Shown in pieces: positions 12,678 to 23,837 of a stretch of DNA of 64,000 nt. Under the pieces are notes generated by a model. That model did not search any database, was not told where the DNA came from, and saw only the letters and a list, made by a program, of their open reading frames with translations. This DNA comes from Lophium mytilinum (taxonomy: Eukaryota). The stretch spans positions 204,959-268,958 of the forward strand of contig MU004204.1 of NCBI GenBank assembly GCA_010093605.1, written 5' to 3'. Each line of letters opens with the position of its first letter. Within the stretch, counting starts at the first letter, position 1. The position numbers were made by a program, and so were the translations under genes.

Positions 12678-12984
12678 TGCTACTGGACTGAAGCTCTCCT
12701 CGAGAATCTGCGCCCAAGATCGTACCGCGTCGACGCGACCTTTGGCAGCTTGAAGCTTCGCATCCGCGTCCCTAGAGCTCCACGCACCTACATTGCATCT
12801 TCGGCTATCTCTCTCGGCCTCTCACACTCCTCCGCTGTCCAGTACATCACCAACCTCATTGTGTGCTGCTAGACCGAAGCTCTCCTCGAAACCTGCACCC
12901 AAGATCGTACTGCGACGACGCGACCTTTGACGGCTAGGAGCTTCCCATCCGCGTCCCTAGAGCTCCACGCACCTACACTGCATC
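12678..12984 (+). repeat. ~120-bp imperfect direct repeat, 2 copies (12678-12799, 12864-12984), in the WD40 gene promoter/5' UTR
   Basis: gaagctctcctcga...cccaagatcgtac...gacgcgacctttg...catccgcgtccctagagctccacgcacctaca occurs twice, offset 186 bp. Confidence 0.92.
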
Positions 12985-13005
12985 CCTTCCCTGTTGCCGC
13001 TCACA

Positions 13006-16000
13006 ATGGCGCAACCACACCTTGTTGACCGCCTCCTCCGACGAGAGCTAGGCGATGATCGATTCTCGCGATACTCGAGCGTCCAAGGCCTCTACGGGGA
13101 CCGGAGATGGATTAGCGAGCTTGATATCGTCAACAAGTTACGAGGACACACGGGCTGCGTTAATGCTCTCAGGTACGCCCGGCTGCAACGCTATATATAT
13201 ACTTTTGCTAACTCAGTTTGCCAGTTGGTCCCGATCAGGAGAATTCCTTGCGTCCGGATCCGACGACACCACAGTTATCCTCCATAGATACTCTCCCACG
13301 GAGTCCCTCCAGTTCGAAGAAGTCGGTAGCATCTTCACTGGCCATACACAGAACATCTTCTCCGTCAAATTTATGCCGCACTCCAATGATAGAACCATAA
13401 TTACGGCTGCTCGTGATAGTCAGGTTCGCATATTTGACGTGGAATACTCTGGAAGGACGAGCGCTACCGTTACACCATCGTCAAGTAGCTATCATTCAGT
13501 GGGGTTTGGCTCCTGGAGCATGACTGCAGGCGATGAAGATACCAACGTCAAAGTCTTTCGGTCCCATTCAGAGAGCGTCAAGCGAATCGTCACCGAAGGG
13601 TCGCCATTCTACTTCTTGACATGTTCAGAAGATGGTGACGTGCGGCAATGGGATATCCGCCTACCATCCACAGCATATCCATCGACCTCTGACTCCGGGA
13701 GTGCCCCACCGCCCCTTATCTCCTACAAGAGACAGGGCATACAACTGAATACAATTTCATGCTCTCCAAGCCAACCCCATTACATCGCACTTGGCGGGGA
13801 CCATCTGCATTGCTTCTTGCACGACCGCCGATTTCTTGGACGCAATATTCCTGCAGAGCAAGGGGCGCCAGGTTCCTCAAGTAGTGTCCAGGGTAGACGT
13901 TATGGGGAAGAGGTCAGCAAAGCCACAAACTGTGTGGTGAGGTTCGCCCCAGGCGGCCGGCGTCGAATGAAGAGCAGCGACAACAGGCAGATTACAGCAT
14001 GCAAGATCAGCGACGCTTACCCGAACGAGTTGATAGTCTCATGGACTGGGAATTCCATTTACAGTTTCGACATCATCCGGGGCCTTCCTCAAACCCAAGA
14101 TCGGCATGGTTCGAGAGAGTCGAAGCACGGAAAGCGAAAGCGGCAACAAGCCGGCTCGTTTGACTCTTACGATGGCCTAGAGCAGGCTACAGCTCGCCTT
14201 CGAACCGAAAGCACACACTCAGATTCGGACGAAGACATCGCTCTGAGAGTACAGAATGGCGGTAGCCAGCACGAGGATGACCCGATCGAAGCAGACACCG
14301 AGATTGACGTTACAAAGAACCAGCGCGCTCATCAGATAGCGGCCGAGCTTGTCAATATTCGCAACAAGATGTTCTTGCTTGAGCACCCTGCCTCAGCCAT
14401 CGACCTCACACGCCGAGAGCACATCTTCTCTTCCGTTGTACAGTCGTGCGCTCGAATAATTCCAATCGTGGATGCCGCCATTACCTCATGGCAGCATCCT
14501 GATTCGCCAACTACCTCACAGATCGCTCAGCGGAATGGCCAGGCCGCAGCTCGTCGATTTCTCCAAGCGACAGGTCTTCTCGCCCGTGTCCTCGGTGGAA
14601 AGCTGTCGGTAACTGGAGAGCTTGAAGACGAGAACCACAACGCACGCACAATTCAGCAGTACTACACTGTGATCGGACCTACCGCTACAGAGGAAGACAG
14701 CTGCCTCCTTCAGAACGAGCGGACCATTTCCACCCGCGCACAGTTCTGCTACGATTTCCTAAAGGCTATTTGCTTATGGCTCGACAGCGGCCTTGGGGCA
14801 CTACTCCATGGCTTTTCGACGTCAGCCGGTCGTGGCAAACGCTTTCCAGTGCGACGGAACGCGAGCATGACCGCGGTAGAGGCCGCACTCATCCCTTATC
14901 TCGAACGTCTCGCCTCAGACAGACCGATTATGGACGTTGACAAGTCTAAGTTCCATGTTCAGGAAAGTCGAGTCCTCTTCGAAACGGAGAAGGATGCAGT
15001 TGCCGCATTTGCAAAGGCGGTATTGATTCCATTCGCAGATTTGGTCAGCGATGAGCCTGGATCCTCCTCACAGAGTGGCGAAAACGAGACCCAAGCCCGT
15101 CGGACAGCTTTGGAGTTTTGGGCATTCAAAGTCGGACGCGGTGTCCTAATGAGTGCAGCCAGACTGGAACCAGAGGCGACTTTCCTAGACCACTCGTTCA
15201 CCAAGAAAGTGTTTGGTGGAACTGGACCTCCGAGTGCGCAGGTTGACGACGCGGAGAGAGACTTCTTGTCACGACACGAGGACATCGACGACTCGATACC
15301 TAGCGATAGTGACGATGAGGACACAGAGCCAGAAGACGACGACTACGGCGATTATTCGGACGAAGAGGAGGAAGAACGATACGCGAGCATCTACGAGCAG
15401 CACAGGAACCGCAGATACGTAGACGAGCACACGCCATGCCATAGTCAAAACCGCACGTATACGGGCCACATCAACGTGAAAACGATCAAAGACGTCAACT
15501 TCTTCGGACGCAACGACGAGTACGTCGTCTCGGGCAGCGACTGCGGAAACTTGTTCATATGGGACAAGAAGACCACACGCATCGTAAACATTCTGGATGC
15601 GGACAACGACGTCGCCAATGTTCCAGCAGGTGTGGCATTCTTCTCTTATAAACCAGAGTTTGTCCAAGTTGCAGGTATCGTATCTGCAAGACTTCCTTCT
15701 TTTGTAACAACTTCTGCTAACACTGACCCCTAATAGCGCACCCATACGAACCCATGCTGGCGATTTCGGGCATTGATCACACCATAAAGATCTTTTCCGC
15801 GGACGCAAAGGCCAGACAAAACGCACGCGATGGCGTCGCAATCAGCCACCCACCACGCCGCCCCCACGCGCCGCCACTGCCCCCTCGCGCCCCAAGAAGC
15901 ACCTGGAGCGACGAAGAAGAGGAGGAGATTGCGCGTAATGGCCTCAAAAGCCGCAAGAGGCTGCACGAGGAGTACACAATAACGGCAAAAAACGCCCAAG

Positions 16001-16182
16001 CGGCGTCCGCGGCGGAACACGAGCCGCGCCTCGAAGTACGTCCGGGTTCTTTCTTTGTGAATGGGTTCCAAGTGCCGCCCTATAGTTAGTTAACATATTT
16101 ATCCACGCAGTGGGCTCTTTTGGTGGAACTAGCGGCGAGGAGGCGGGCGGGGGAGGGGGAGGATAACTGCGCGATGCAGTAG
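13006..16182 (+). CDS. DCAF8/DCAF6 (Iqw1)-like WD40 protein, putative CUL4-DDB1 substrate receptor, with C-terminal CaaX
   Basis: GHTGCVNALSW..LASGSDD, GHTQNIFSVKFMP, TCSEDGDVRQWDIR (DWD), GHINVKTIKDVNFFG..YVVSGSDCGNLFIWDK, HPYEPMLAISGIDHTIKIFS. Three introns; the last exon ends ...DNCAMQ*. Confidence 0.88.
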
Positions 16183-16300
16183 GCGGTGGGGGGAGGAGGG
16201 GTGGGGGGAGGCCCCTTTTTGTACAATATATATACCAAACGCGGCCGTAAAAGGCCCTTCTTTGCTGCATTGTGTAGTTGCTCTTGGTGAAATTGTAATC

Positions 16301-16512
16301 AATAGTAGTTGTTTTAACTATAATAGTTATTGTAACTAACGCTTAGGGCTATAATGTAAGTAATACCAGTTATTCTAACTAACACTTAGAGCTACTAATG
16401 TAAATAATAGCAGTTATTATTACGAACGCTTTGGGCCTAAATATAACTAATACTAGTTGTTGTAACTAACGCTTAGGCTAGATCTTATAATTAGTAGTAG
16501 ATGTTATAACTA
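16301..16512. repeat. AT/TpA-rich minisatellite, 43-44-bp unit, about 5 degenerate copies
   Basis: Core taactaacgcttag (variants) recurs at about 16333, 16376, 16420, 16463 and 16507. Confidence 0.8.
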
Positions 16513-16613
16513 GTTGTATTTACTACTTCTTACCACATTTTTAGTAGCTATTATGCCTACCACGCTGCGTGGACCCCTACTTTCTACTACTCTACCCATT
16601 TGGCCACATTCAC

Positions 16614-17302
16614 GTGCGTTTTGACACTGCAGATAATGATGGAAGACACCCCTGGGCTAACTCGCCTCTCTGGAAAGTGAATGTAAAGGGTTTGATCCTG
16701 TAAATTAGACTGTAGACGCGTGACATGCATATTTACACCTTTTGCCTGCTGCATTCAATATCAGGGCATGTCGGGGTGCGTTTTGACAGTATGGACACCG
16801 ATGAAGACGCCCCTGGGCTAATTCGCCCCTTTGGAAAGTGAATGTAAAGGTTTCTACCTTATAAATTAGACTGTAGACATGGAACATGCGTATTTGCACC
16901 TCTTCTATGCTACATCCAATATTAGGGCATGTTGGGGTGCCTTCTGACAATATCGACACCGATGAAAGCCCCCCTGGACTAATTCGCCTCTCTGGAAAGT
17001 GAATGTAAAGGTTTGGACCTTGTAAATCAGACTGTAGACACGTGATATGCATATTTGCACCTATTTCCTATCATATTCAATATTAGAGGGTGTCGGTGCG
17101 TAATTTGGCTGTATGAACACCGATATAGGCGCCCCTGGGCTATCTCGAGTGCCTCCAGTGTCGATGTAAAGGTTCACAAGTCGTAAATTGGACCTCGATT
17201 ATGTAAGATGCATATCTGCACCCCTTCCCTTCTGCATTCAATATTAGAGGATGTTGGTGTGCGTTTTGACAGTATAAACGCCTATAAAAGCGCCCCTGGG
17301 CC
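16614..17302 (+). repeat. 161-bp tandem repeat array A (about 4.3 units), non-coding
   Basis: The ctgg(g/a)c anchor after cccc occurs at 16652, 16813, 16974, 17135 and 17296 (exact 161 spacing). Shared blocks gtgcgttttgacag, gacaccgatgaa, atgtaaagg, ttcaatattag. Confidence 0.95.
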
Positions 17303-17478
17303 TTACAGACTTACGGACTACTCAATGTCAAGAGTGTCACTACTCAGATTGAGCGGCAAGAGATAAGAAACATTTAGAAGGTTCATACCGCTGTTAGGGG
17401 TGCCCCCAGGTATCATAGAAATCGTATATACATTATCATCGTAGAGCTCATACCATAGCGTTGTAAACATACCCTTGC

Positions 17479-19450
17479 CTAAACAAACACGAACATGACC
17501 CCAACAGCGATACACAGCGCGAGCGTCTTCCCCACAGGGCCCGCTTCCTGCGCCAGCGCAGCAGCCGTAGAGCTTGTTGTCGCGACCGGCGCGGGCCCCG
17601 TCGCTGTCGAATCCGGCGTTGTTACTGTCGTCGCAGCTGTCTCCCCGGGCACCACTGTAGCGAGCGCAGTGGAGCTCATACTGTTGCTGCTAGCGACCGA
17701 ACTGCTTTCAGGCACTGAACTCGGTATGACCGTTGTCCCGTTCCTGCGCAGCGAGTCAACGGGGACGACAGAGCTGTTCGCCCAGCTCTCGCCGCTGCCA
17801 CCGACTGCTTCGGCGAAGATGAAGGAGCTGTAGTTTGCGTGCGTGAAGTGGGTCTCGAAGCCCTTTTTCGTCACGTTGCCTAGTATGTGGAAGGGGCCCG
17901 AGTCGGATGTGCTGCCCCACAAGCGCCAGGACTGGACCTCTGTCGCGCCATTCCAACTGATGTAGACGTTGAGAGCGGTGGATGCGTTTTGCTGCTGCGG
18001 TTGGGCTATGAGTGCGGGCTTGTCGTTTGGAGTTGCGACCCAGGGAGCCGTGTACGCGCGGTAGTTCATGACGGGGTATGCACCGAATGTGGCGTACAAG
18101 ACAGCTTCGCCGGCGGCATTGGTCTCTGAGATGGCGGGAAAGGAACCCCAGCCATGGAAGACTCCACCAGAGGCTAGAACTTGCGAGTTGCCTTGAGAGT
18201 CTGAGAGGATACCACCGGGAGTGGGCGCAAAAGTCTGGGAGACGAGGGTAGCGGCTTTCGTGTCAAGATTTATGGCAATAACCATGCCAGATGACTCGGT
18301 TGCGGTACGATTGAAACCGTTGCTAGCATTGTCGAAGAGTGAGATGATGGTGTGGGTGGAGTTTTCCAGAATGAAGCGTGCATCGTGTTGGAAGGAGAAA
18401 TTGAATCCGGAGGAGGTAAATGATGCGCCGGGCCCACCGCTGCTCAATTGCCAGATTATGGAGCCATCGTCGGGAGAGATGAGGTAGACGGATGAAGTGT
18501 GCCGTGCCGAGATGAGGTAGCGGCCTGTTGCGCTGCTCTTGTCGACTGCGTTGATGTGGAAGTAGTCCCAAGGAGCTTGAGCGCTACCATTACCGGAGAC
18601 ATCGCTGGAGCCGGCAGCAACGTACGAATTGGCAGGACTGACGTGATCGATAGAGGACCATTCGAAAAGTACGGTTCCAGTCTCTACCTCGACTTCTTGG
18701 AATACACCCTGCATGATCCATGTTGGGAAACCCGTGATATTGAACGCTGCAAGGTCATACTGGAACCAGTTGTAGGCGGTAAAAAGTGCGGACTTGCCGC
18801 CGTTGATGAGATTGAACTCGTGGATGTCCGCATGCTTGCCGTTGCCGCACGCAACCGTCTTGACAATCTGGTAGCTGCTGTTCATTATGATGCCGTCGCC
18901 GAGGCCATATCCTTGCTTTTGCGAGCCACGCCACATGCACAGGTGGTCGCTGCCGTCGTACGTGCAGACTTTGTGGTCCATGGTATTGTTCATTTGGTAT
19001 GCTGCATCATATCCGCTCCACACAAGGTCCTACGCCTGTTAGAAAAGTGCAATGGCAGCAAACCTAGATATTAAATTTACTGACGCCGAATTTGTTATAG
19101 ATATACGGCCCGCGCTGAATTGGGCCATAGGGAGCTATGAAAATGTACCCTGAGCTAGCCGTCAGCTATCCAACCTTTTGACATGGCGGTAAAGCTTTTT
19201 CTCGTACCAGGCGCGAACCCGTTTTCGATTTCAGAATTCTGCAAAGAGACATTGAGTGCGGGGGCTTGAATATCGGGTCGCTGTAGACGTCAACACTGCC
19301 ATTGGCTTTTGCAGCTTTACCACAAAAAACCCAGATTGTTCGTTAAATGCTCACGGAAAAGTAAGTGGAAGTGGGTTCACTGATGTTGTCATTGGCTAAC
19401 ACTGCTGCCAGCAACCAGGGAACGGCTGCAGGAATGGCGAAGCCATACAT
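17479..19450 (-). CDS. Secreted arylsulfotransferase (ASST)-domain protein with Ser/Thr-rich stalk and probable GPI signal, 4 exons
   Basis: Signal-like MYGFAIPAAVPWLLAAVLA; RPDIQAP, GYIFIAPY..GPYIY, DIHEF, WDYFHINAVDK, YLISARHT, FQHDARF, SLFDNA, NYRAY, YISWNGAT, GFET; hydrophobic C-terminus. Confidence 0.88.
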
Positions 19451-20993
19451 GGTGTAGAGCGAGAGAAGCAGAGACAACGCAAAGCTAAAAACGGGAGAAG
19501 AACGACGTTAAGAGGACTCGATGCACAACGACCCCAGTCGTGTGATGTGATGTGTTCTGGAAAACCTAGGATGCCCCTCGGGCTAATTGAGGCTTAATGG
19601 TAGCTGCAAGCTGTAGCGGGCGATGGGGCATATTGAGCATCTGGAGAATCCCGCCGAGCTCGCAGAAGCTCCAGTTGCAAGCTGGTGTGCTCCTGCAAGC
19701 TCTTTTGTTCGGCCAAACCTTGGAACACCGTGCTCCTCAAATCGGGAAAGCCCCAGCCACAACGTGGTTTTCGGGTATGCAAGCGGCGGCAAGCAGGGCT
19801 GGACCAGCCTAATAATGGAGGTAGCTCCGACACTGGCCTCAGAAGAGGGGCCGAAGAAGGCAGCAAAAAGTTGTTTGTTTGCCATCTTACGCGTCCGCCA
19901 AGACGAATGACGGCAACAAAAACTTCCCTTGTTCTTATTTTGACTGTGGGCCAATGGTACTGCCCTTTCACTGTCTGAAGAGAGCTGTATTGGCGTAGCA
20001 GCACGCAGGCCATGCATCTTGCATACACTAGCCACAGGAGTGAATGCGAGATGTCATGTTTCTCACCAATGACGGTTGTTTCGGGTAAGCTACGCATTGT
20101 TGACTTCGGTGAAGGTGCAAGTTTTGGCAATAGCAGGATCGTGCAGGTGGGTCGTTCCGGCGAGGCGAGGCCTTATCATCCATACTACCGAAGAGCCAAG
20201 CAGGGGGCCGTGCAGGATCGTGTGTTCGAAAACAGGTGTTTTGAGGCCGGGGTTTTTAGCTTGAAGAAGAGCATCTGAATAGGCACTAGTGGTTTATTTA
20301 TGAACGAAGTCGGTGAGAATGCTGCCTCTCCTGTGAGCCTCCGTGCTATATCTTGGTTAGATCACACATGTTTCAGCTATGCCTTGGCGAAGGCCACATG
20401 TTTTTGGCCAGTTTGGAGAAAGGTTGAAAGGCCAGTCAACGGAGAAAATCAGGAGGGAGGCGCCCGGATAGTGGGGAAATCCATGACGCTGGTAATGGCT
20501 GAGACTAAACAGATAGTCTCAGCAGCATGAAGACAAGCCTTTCCATACAGAGTAATAAAAGAGGTATCAAGCCCTTGGTACAACCTCTGAAAGTTATATG
20601 TCGAGGAGTTGAGAGCTGTAGTTGAACTTCGTGGTGGGGAACGCTTATTTCGACTAAATTCTAAGCTTAGGCCGAGGAAGCCCAGCATCACGCTGTCATG
20701 AACAAAAATCCTTGTCTCAAGGCCAGCGGTCTTGCCAGCGCTTCAAAATAAGACTATGTTGAGACTTATATAGCCATCTCGCTATAAAGTGTCGGCTGTG
20801 CACGTGATGGTCTCGTGACAAAGACATATCTTGGCGTCTTGGCGCGTCAACCTTAGAACGCGATGCACTTTCGCAAACGACCTCACTTCCGCAGCCTCAC
20901 TCCTACACCGTCAACTTCTGTCGTGGGCCGTGTAGCTGCAGTCGCTGAAGTCCACATTAGGGCCCTAACCCCGAGGCACAACATCTCCTCAAA

Positions 20994-23021
20994 ATGTGAG
21001 TCTTCAACATTCGCCTCAATCCGCCTTCATGAACCCCGCGCGTCGCGGTGTTTGGGGACAGCTGGCCTCTTACCCATACCTCTTGGGTGTACATTATCTT
21101 TTCTAATCGAATCACAGGGAGTCCTTCGAAGGTATATACCTCAACCTTTCGAAGCAGCCTGGCAGAACTCGAATCGCAGAAGCCGGGCTAGCATGGAAGC
21201 CCCCAGGAACTGGCGAGACCTTCACCCTAGATTCCTCTCAGCTCGTACAAGCACAATGGAGCAGGGCGGCACGAGGGTATGAAGTGAAGATACTTTCCAG
21301 GTCAGACGGCGTGGTTCAGCTAGACGGATTTCAGCAAGAGGTCAGTTCCCTAAGTCCATAGAGCTGGCTCCTGCTGACCTACTAGGACTTTGAGCGCATC
21401 AGCAAGGTTTTCAAGAGCTGGTACAGCATCAACTTGGAGAATCGGGAGCACGCGCTGCGGGGTTGGAATTGGGGAAAAGCAGAGTTTGGGAAAGCTGAGC
21501 TATCATTCAACGTCCAGAGCCGGCCTGCCTTCGAGATACCGTATACCGAGATTTCCAATACCAATCTTGCTGGAAAAAACGAAGTGTCTGTCGACTTCTC
21601 TTTACCCGCAAACGGCGAAGAAACAGGCACGAATGGCCATCTTGGAGGCTCGCGGAAGAACGGAAGAAAGTCCGGCGCAGCTAGGGACCAGCTTGTTGAA
21701 ATGCGCTTCTACATTCCGGGTACTGTGACCAAGAAGGAAAAGAAAGAGGACGGCGAAGACGTCAGCGATGGCGAAGACACAGAAGAGCAGAACGCAGCCA
21801 ACCTATTTCAGGAGACGCTCATGAACAAGGCTGAGATTGGCGATGTCGCAGGTGACAACTATGCATCTTTCCAGGACATTCTCCATCTCACACCTAGGTT
21901 CGTTCCTCGGGCCCTTTCTCATCCCATGAATGCTAACTTTTGTTCCAGAGGACGCTTCGATATCGACATGTACGAGAAGTCATTTCGATTGCGTGGAAAG
22001 ACATACGACTACAAGATCCAATACGAGGCTATCAAGAAATTCATGCTGCTACCCAAGCCGGATGACGTTCATATGCTTATCACTGTAGGTTTGGATCCGC
22101 CACTGAGACAGGGTCAAACACGATATCCCTTTCTCGTCATGCAATTCAAGCGGGACGAGGAAGTGAACCTGGACCTAAACCTGACGGATGAAGTCATCGA
22201 GGGAAAATACAAGGACAAGCTCAAGTCCCATTACGAGGCGCCAATTGCCACGGTAGTCAGTGATATATTCAGGGGCTTAACGAACAAGAAGATTACGAAG
22301 CCGTCGCTAGCATTCACTAGTCATCACGGGCAAAATGGCGTCAAATGCTCAGTTAAGGCGAACGAGGGCCATCTTTACTGTTTGGATAAGGCCTTCATGT
22401 TCGTACCAAAGCCTGCAACGTACATATCGATCGACAATGTTGCTTCGATTACAATGTCACGCGTGGGTGGAGCGATGGCTGCCAGCAGAACCTTCGACAT
22501 AACTGTCACCATGAAGAATGGGGCTGGAGAACATCAATTCAGCAACATCAACCGGTACGTTTCAATAACAAGTATCAACAAGTCAAAGAATCTGGTCGCT
22601 AATAATGCTATTTCCACAGCGAGGAGCAAGGGCCTCTGGAGACCTTCTTCCGCGCCAAGAGTATCAAGACGAAAAATGAAATGGTTGATGACGTAAGTAC
22701 TCCTACTTGCTACAATTAGATAGATACTTACCCGTCATTTAGTCCAGTGCGATCATCGCTGCGGCGTTGCAAGACGCTGAACTAGCTTCCAGTGAAGACG
22801 ATCGCGTTGTTAACAACAGGGGGAGCGCAGACGAAGACGACGAGAGCGTTGACGAGGACTTCCAAGCCGATTCTGATTCCGATCCGGCAGAAGAGTACGA
22901 CTCGGATCACAAGAGCAGTGGTTCAGACAGCGACGAAGAGATGGCAGACGCAGACAGCGACGGCCCCGCGAAGGAAGAGATGGTCGAGCGACCCAAAAAG
23001 AAGGTCAAGACCTCAAAATGA
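20994..23021 (+). CDS. POB3: FACT complex subunit Pob3/SSRP1, 6 exons (first coding exon is only 'AT')
   Basis: Spliced MESFEGIYLNLSKQPGR...GWNWGK..., LTPRGRFDIDMY..FRLRGKTYDYKI, LDPPLRQGQTRYPFLV; acidic tail with NLS RPKKKVK. Confidence 0.96.
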
Positions 23022-23837
23022 GTGCTGCTCAGAAGCGAGGCGAACTGGTAACGGAAATGGCAAAAGCGATCAGTCCAGGCTAGGACAGGGGGCTTCATTG
23101 ATATGCGTAATCCCCAGAGTCTTCAATCCCCAGATCGACGTGCGTCCAGAGAGCTGGGATTTGGGTTTGAGTTTGGAGCTTTCTTCCTGGCGCATAGAGC
23201 TCCCATTAATGCGCACAAAGGCAACATAACCGCCGAAGAGGCTTGTTGCGTGATATTTAGCACGTGGACTCGAGTCGGTAGGGCGAAAGCCGCCTTTATT
23301 AGTGCTGCCACAACTATACGTTATGCCGTATGGAGTAACCCGGTCGTTTTACACTTGGCTTTGAGACCCTTCCGTTCCCCCGTAAGGCATATTGTAGTTT
23401 AGCTTTCGCGTATCCTGGCTTGGATCGAGATTAAAAGTGAAATGTGAATGGGTGCTCGTAGCGAACTTCCCTGTGATGTGTGGAGTTCGATGCGTCCTAT
23501 CCCTAACAGAGCTACCCGAAGGCATCATGAGTCCGGTTCCCCAGGATTGAGCTGCATTTACCCCAGAGTGTCCGTGCTGGTCTGGTACACTGGTAGGAGC
23601 TTCTTCTGTGCTTTCTCTGCAGCTATCGGACCGTAGTACGCATAGTCTAGAAGATCTTCGTCCCCCCGCACCGCTCCGATTTCTCAACACACTACGGTCC
23701 AACAATCGGAGTAGACCCCTCAAAGCCAACCACGATCTTCTCTTCTGATCAGAACTTGTGATAACGCTCCTACAATACGGAATGCCTGTGGCGACGGGTT
23801 GGAGAATCGCAAAACAGCTTGGAGACCGGATATTGAA

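Noticed and set aside
12490..12717. 75-aa protein-like minus-strand ORF next to a TpA-rich patch
   Set aside because: No ATG and no recognisable family; it may be a relic but cannot be supported.
16614..17302. 161-bp array as a CRISPR array, 5S rRNA array or coding repeat
   Set aside because: Whole units are homologous (no unique spacers), there is no resemblance to fungal 5S, and the period is not divisible by 3.
20070..20278. KLRIVDFGEG resembles a kinase DFG motif
   Set aside because: No other kinase subdomains nearby; the match is too short to support.
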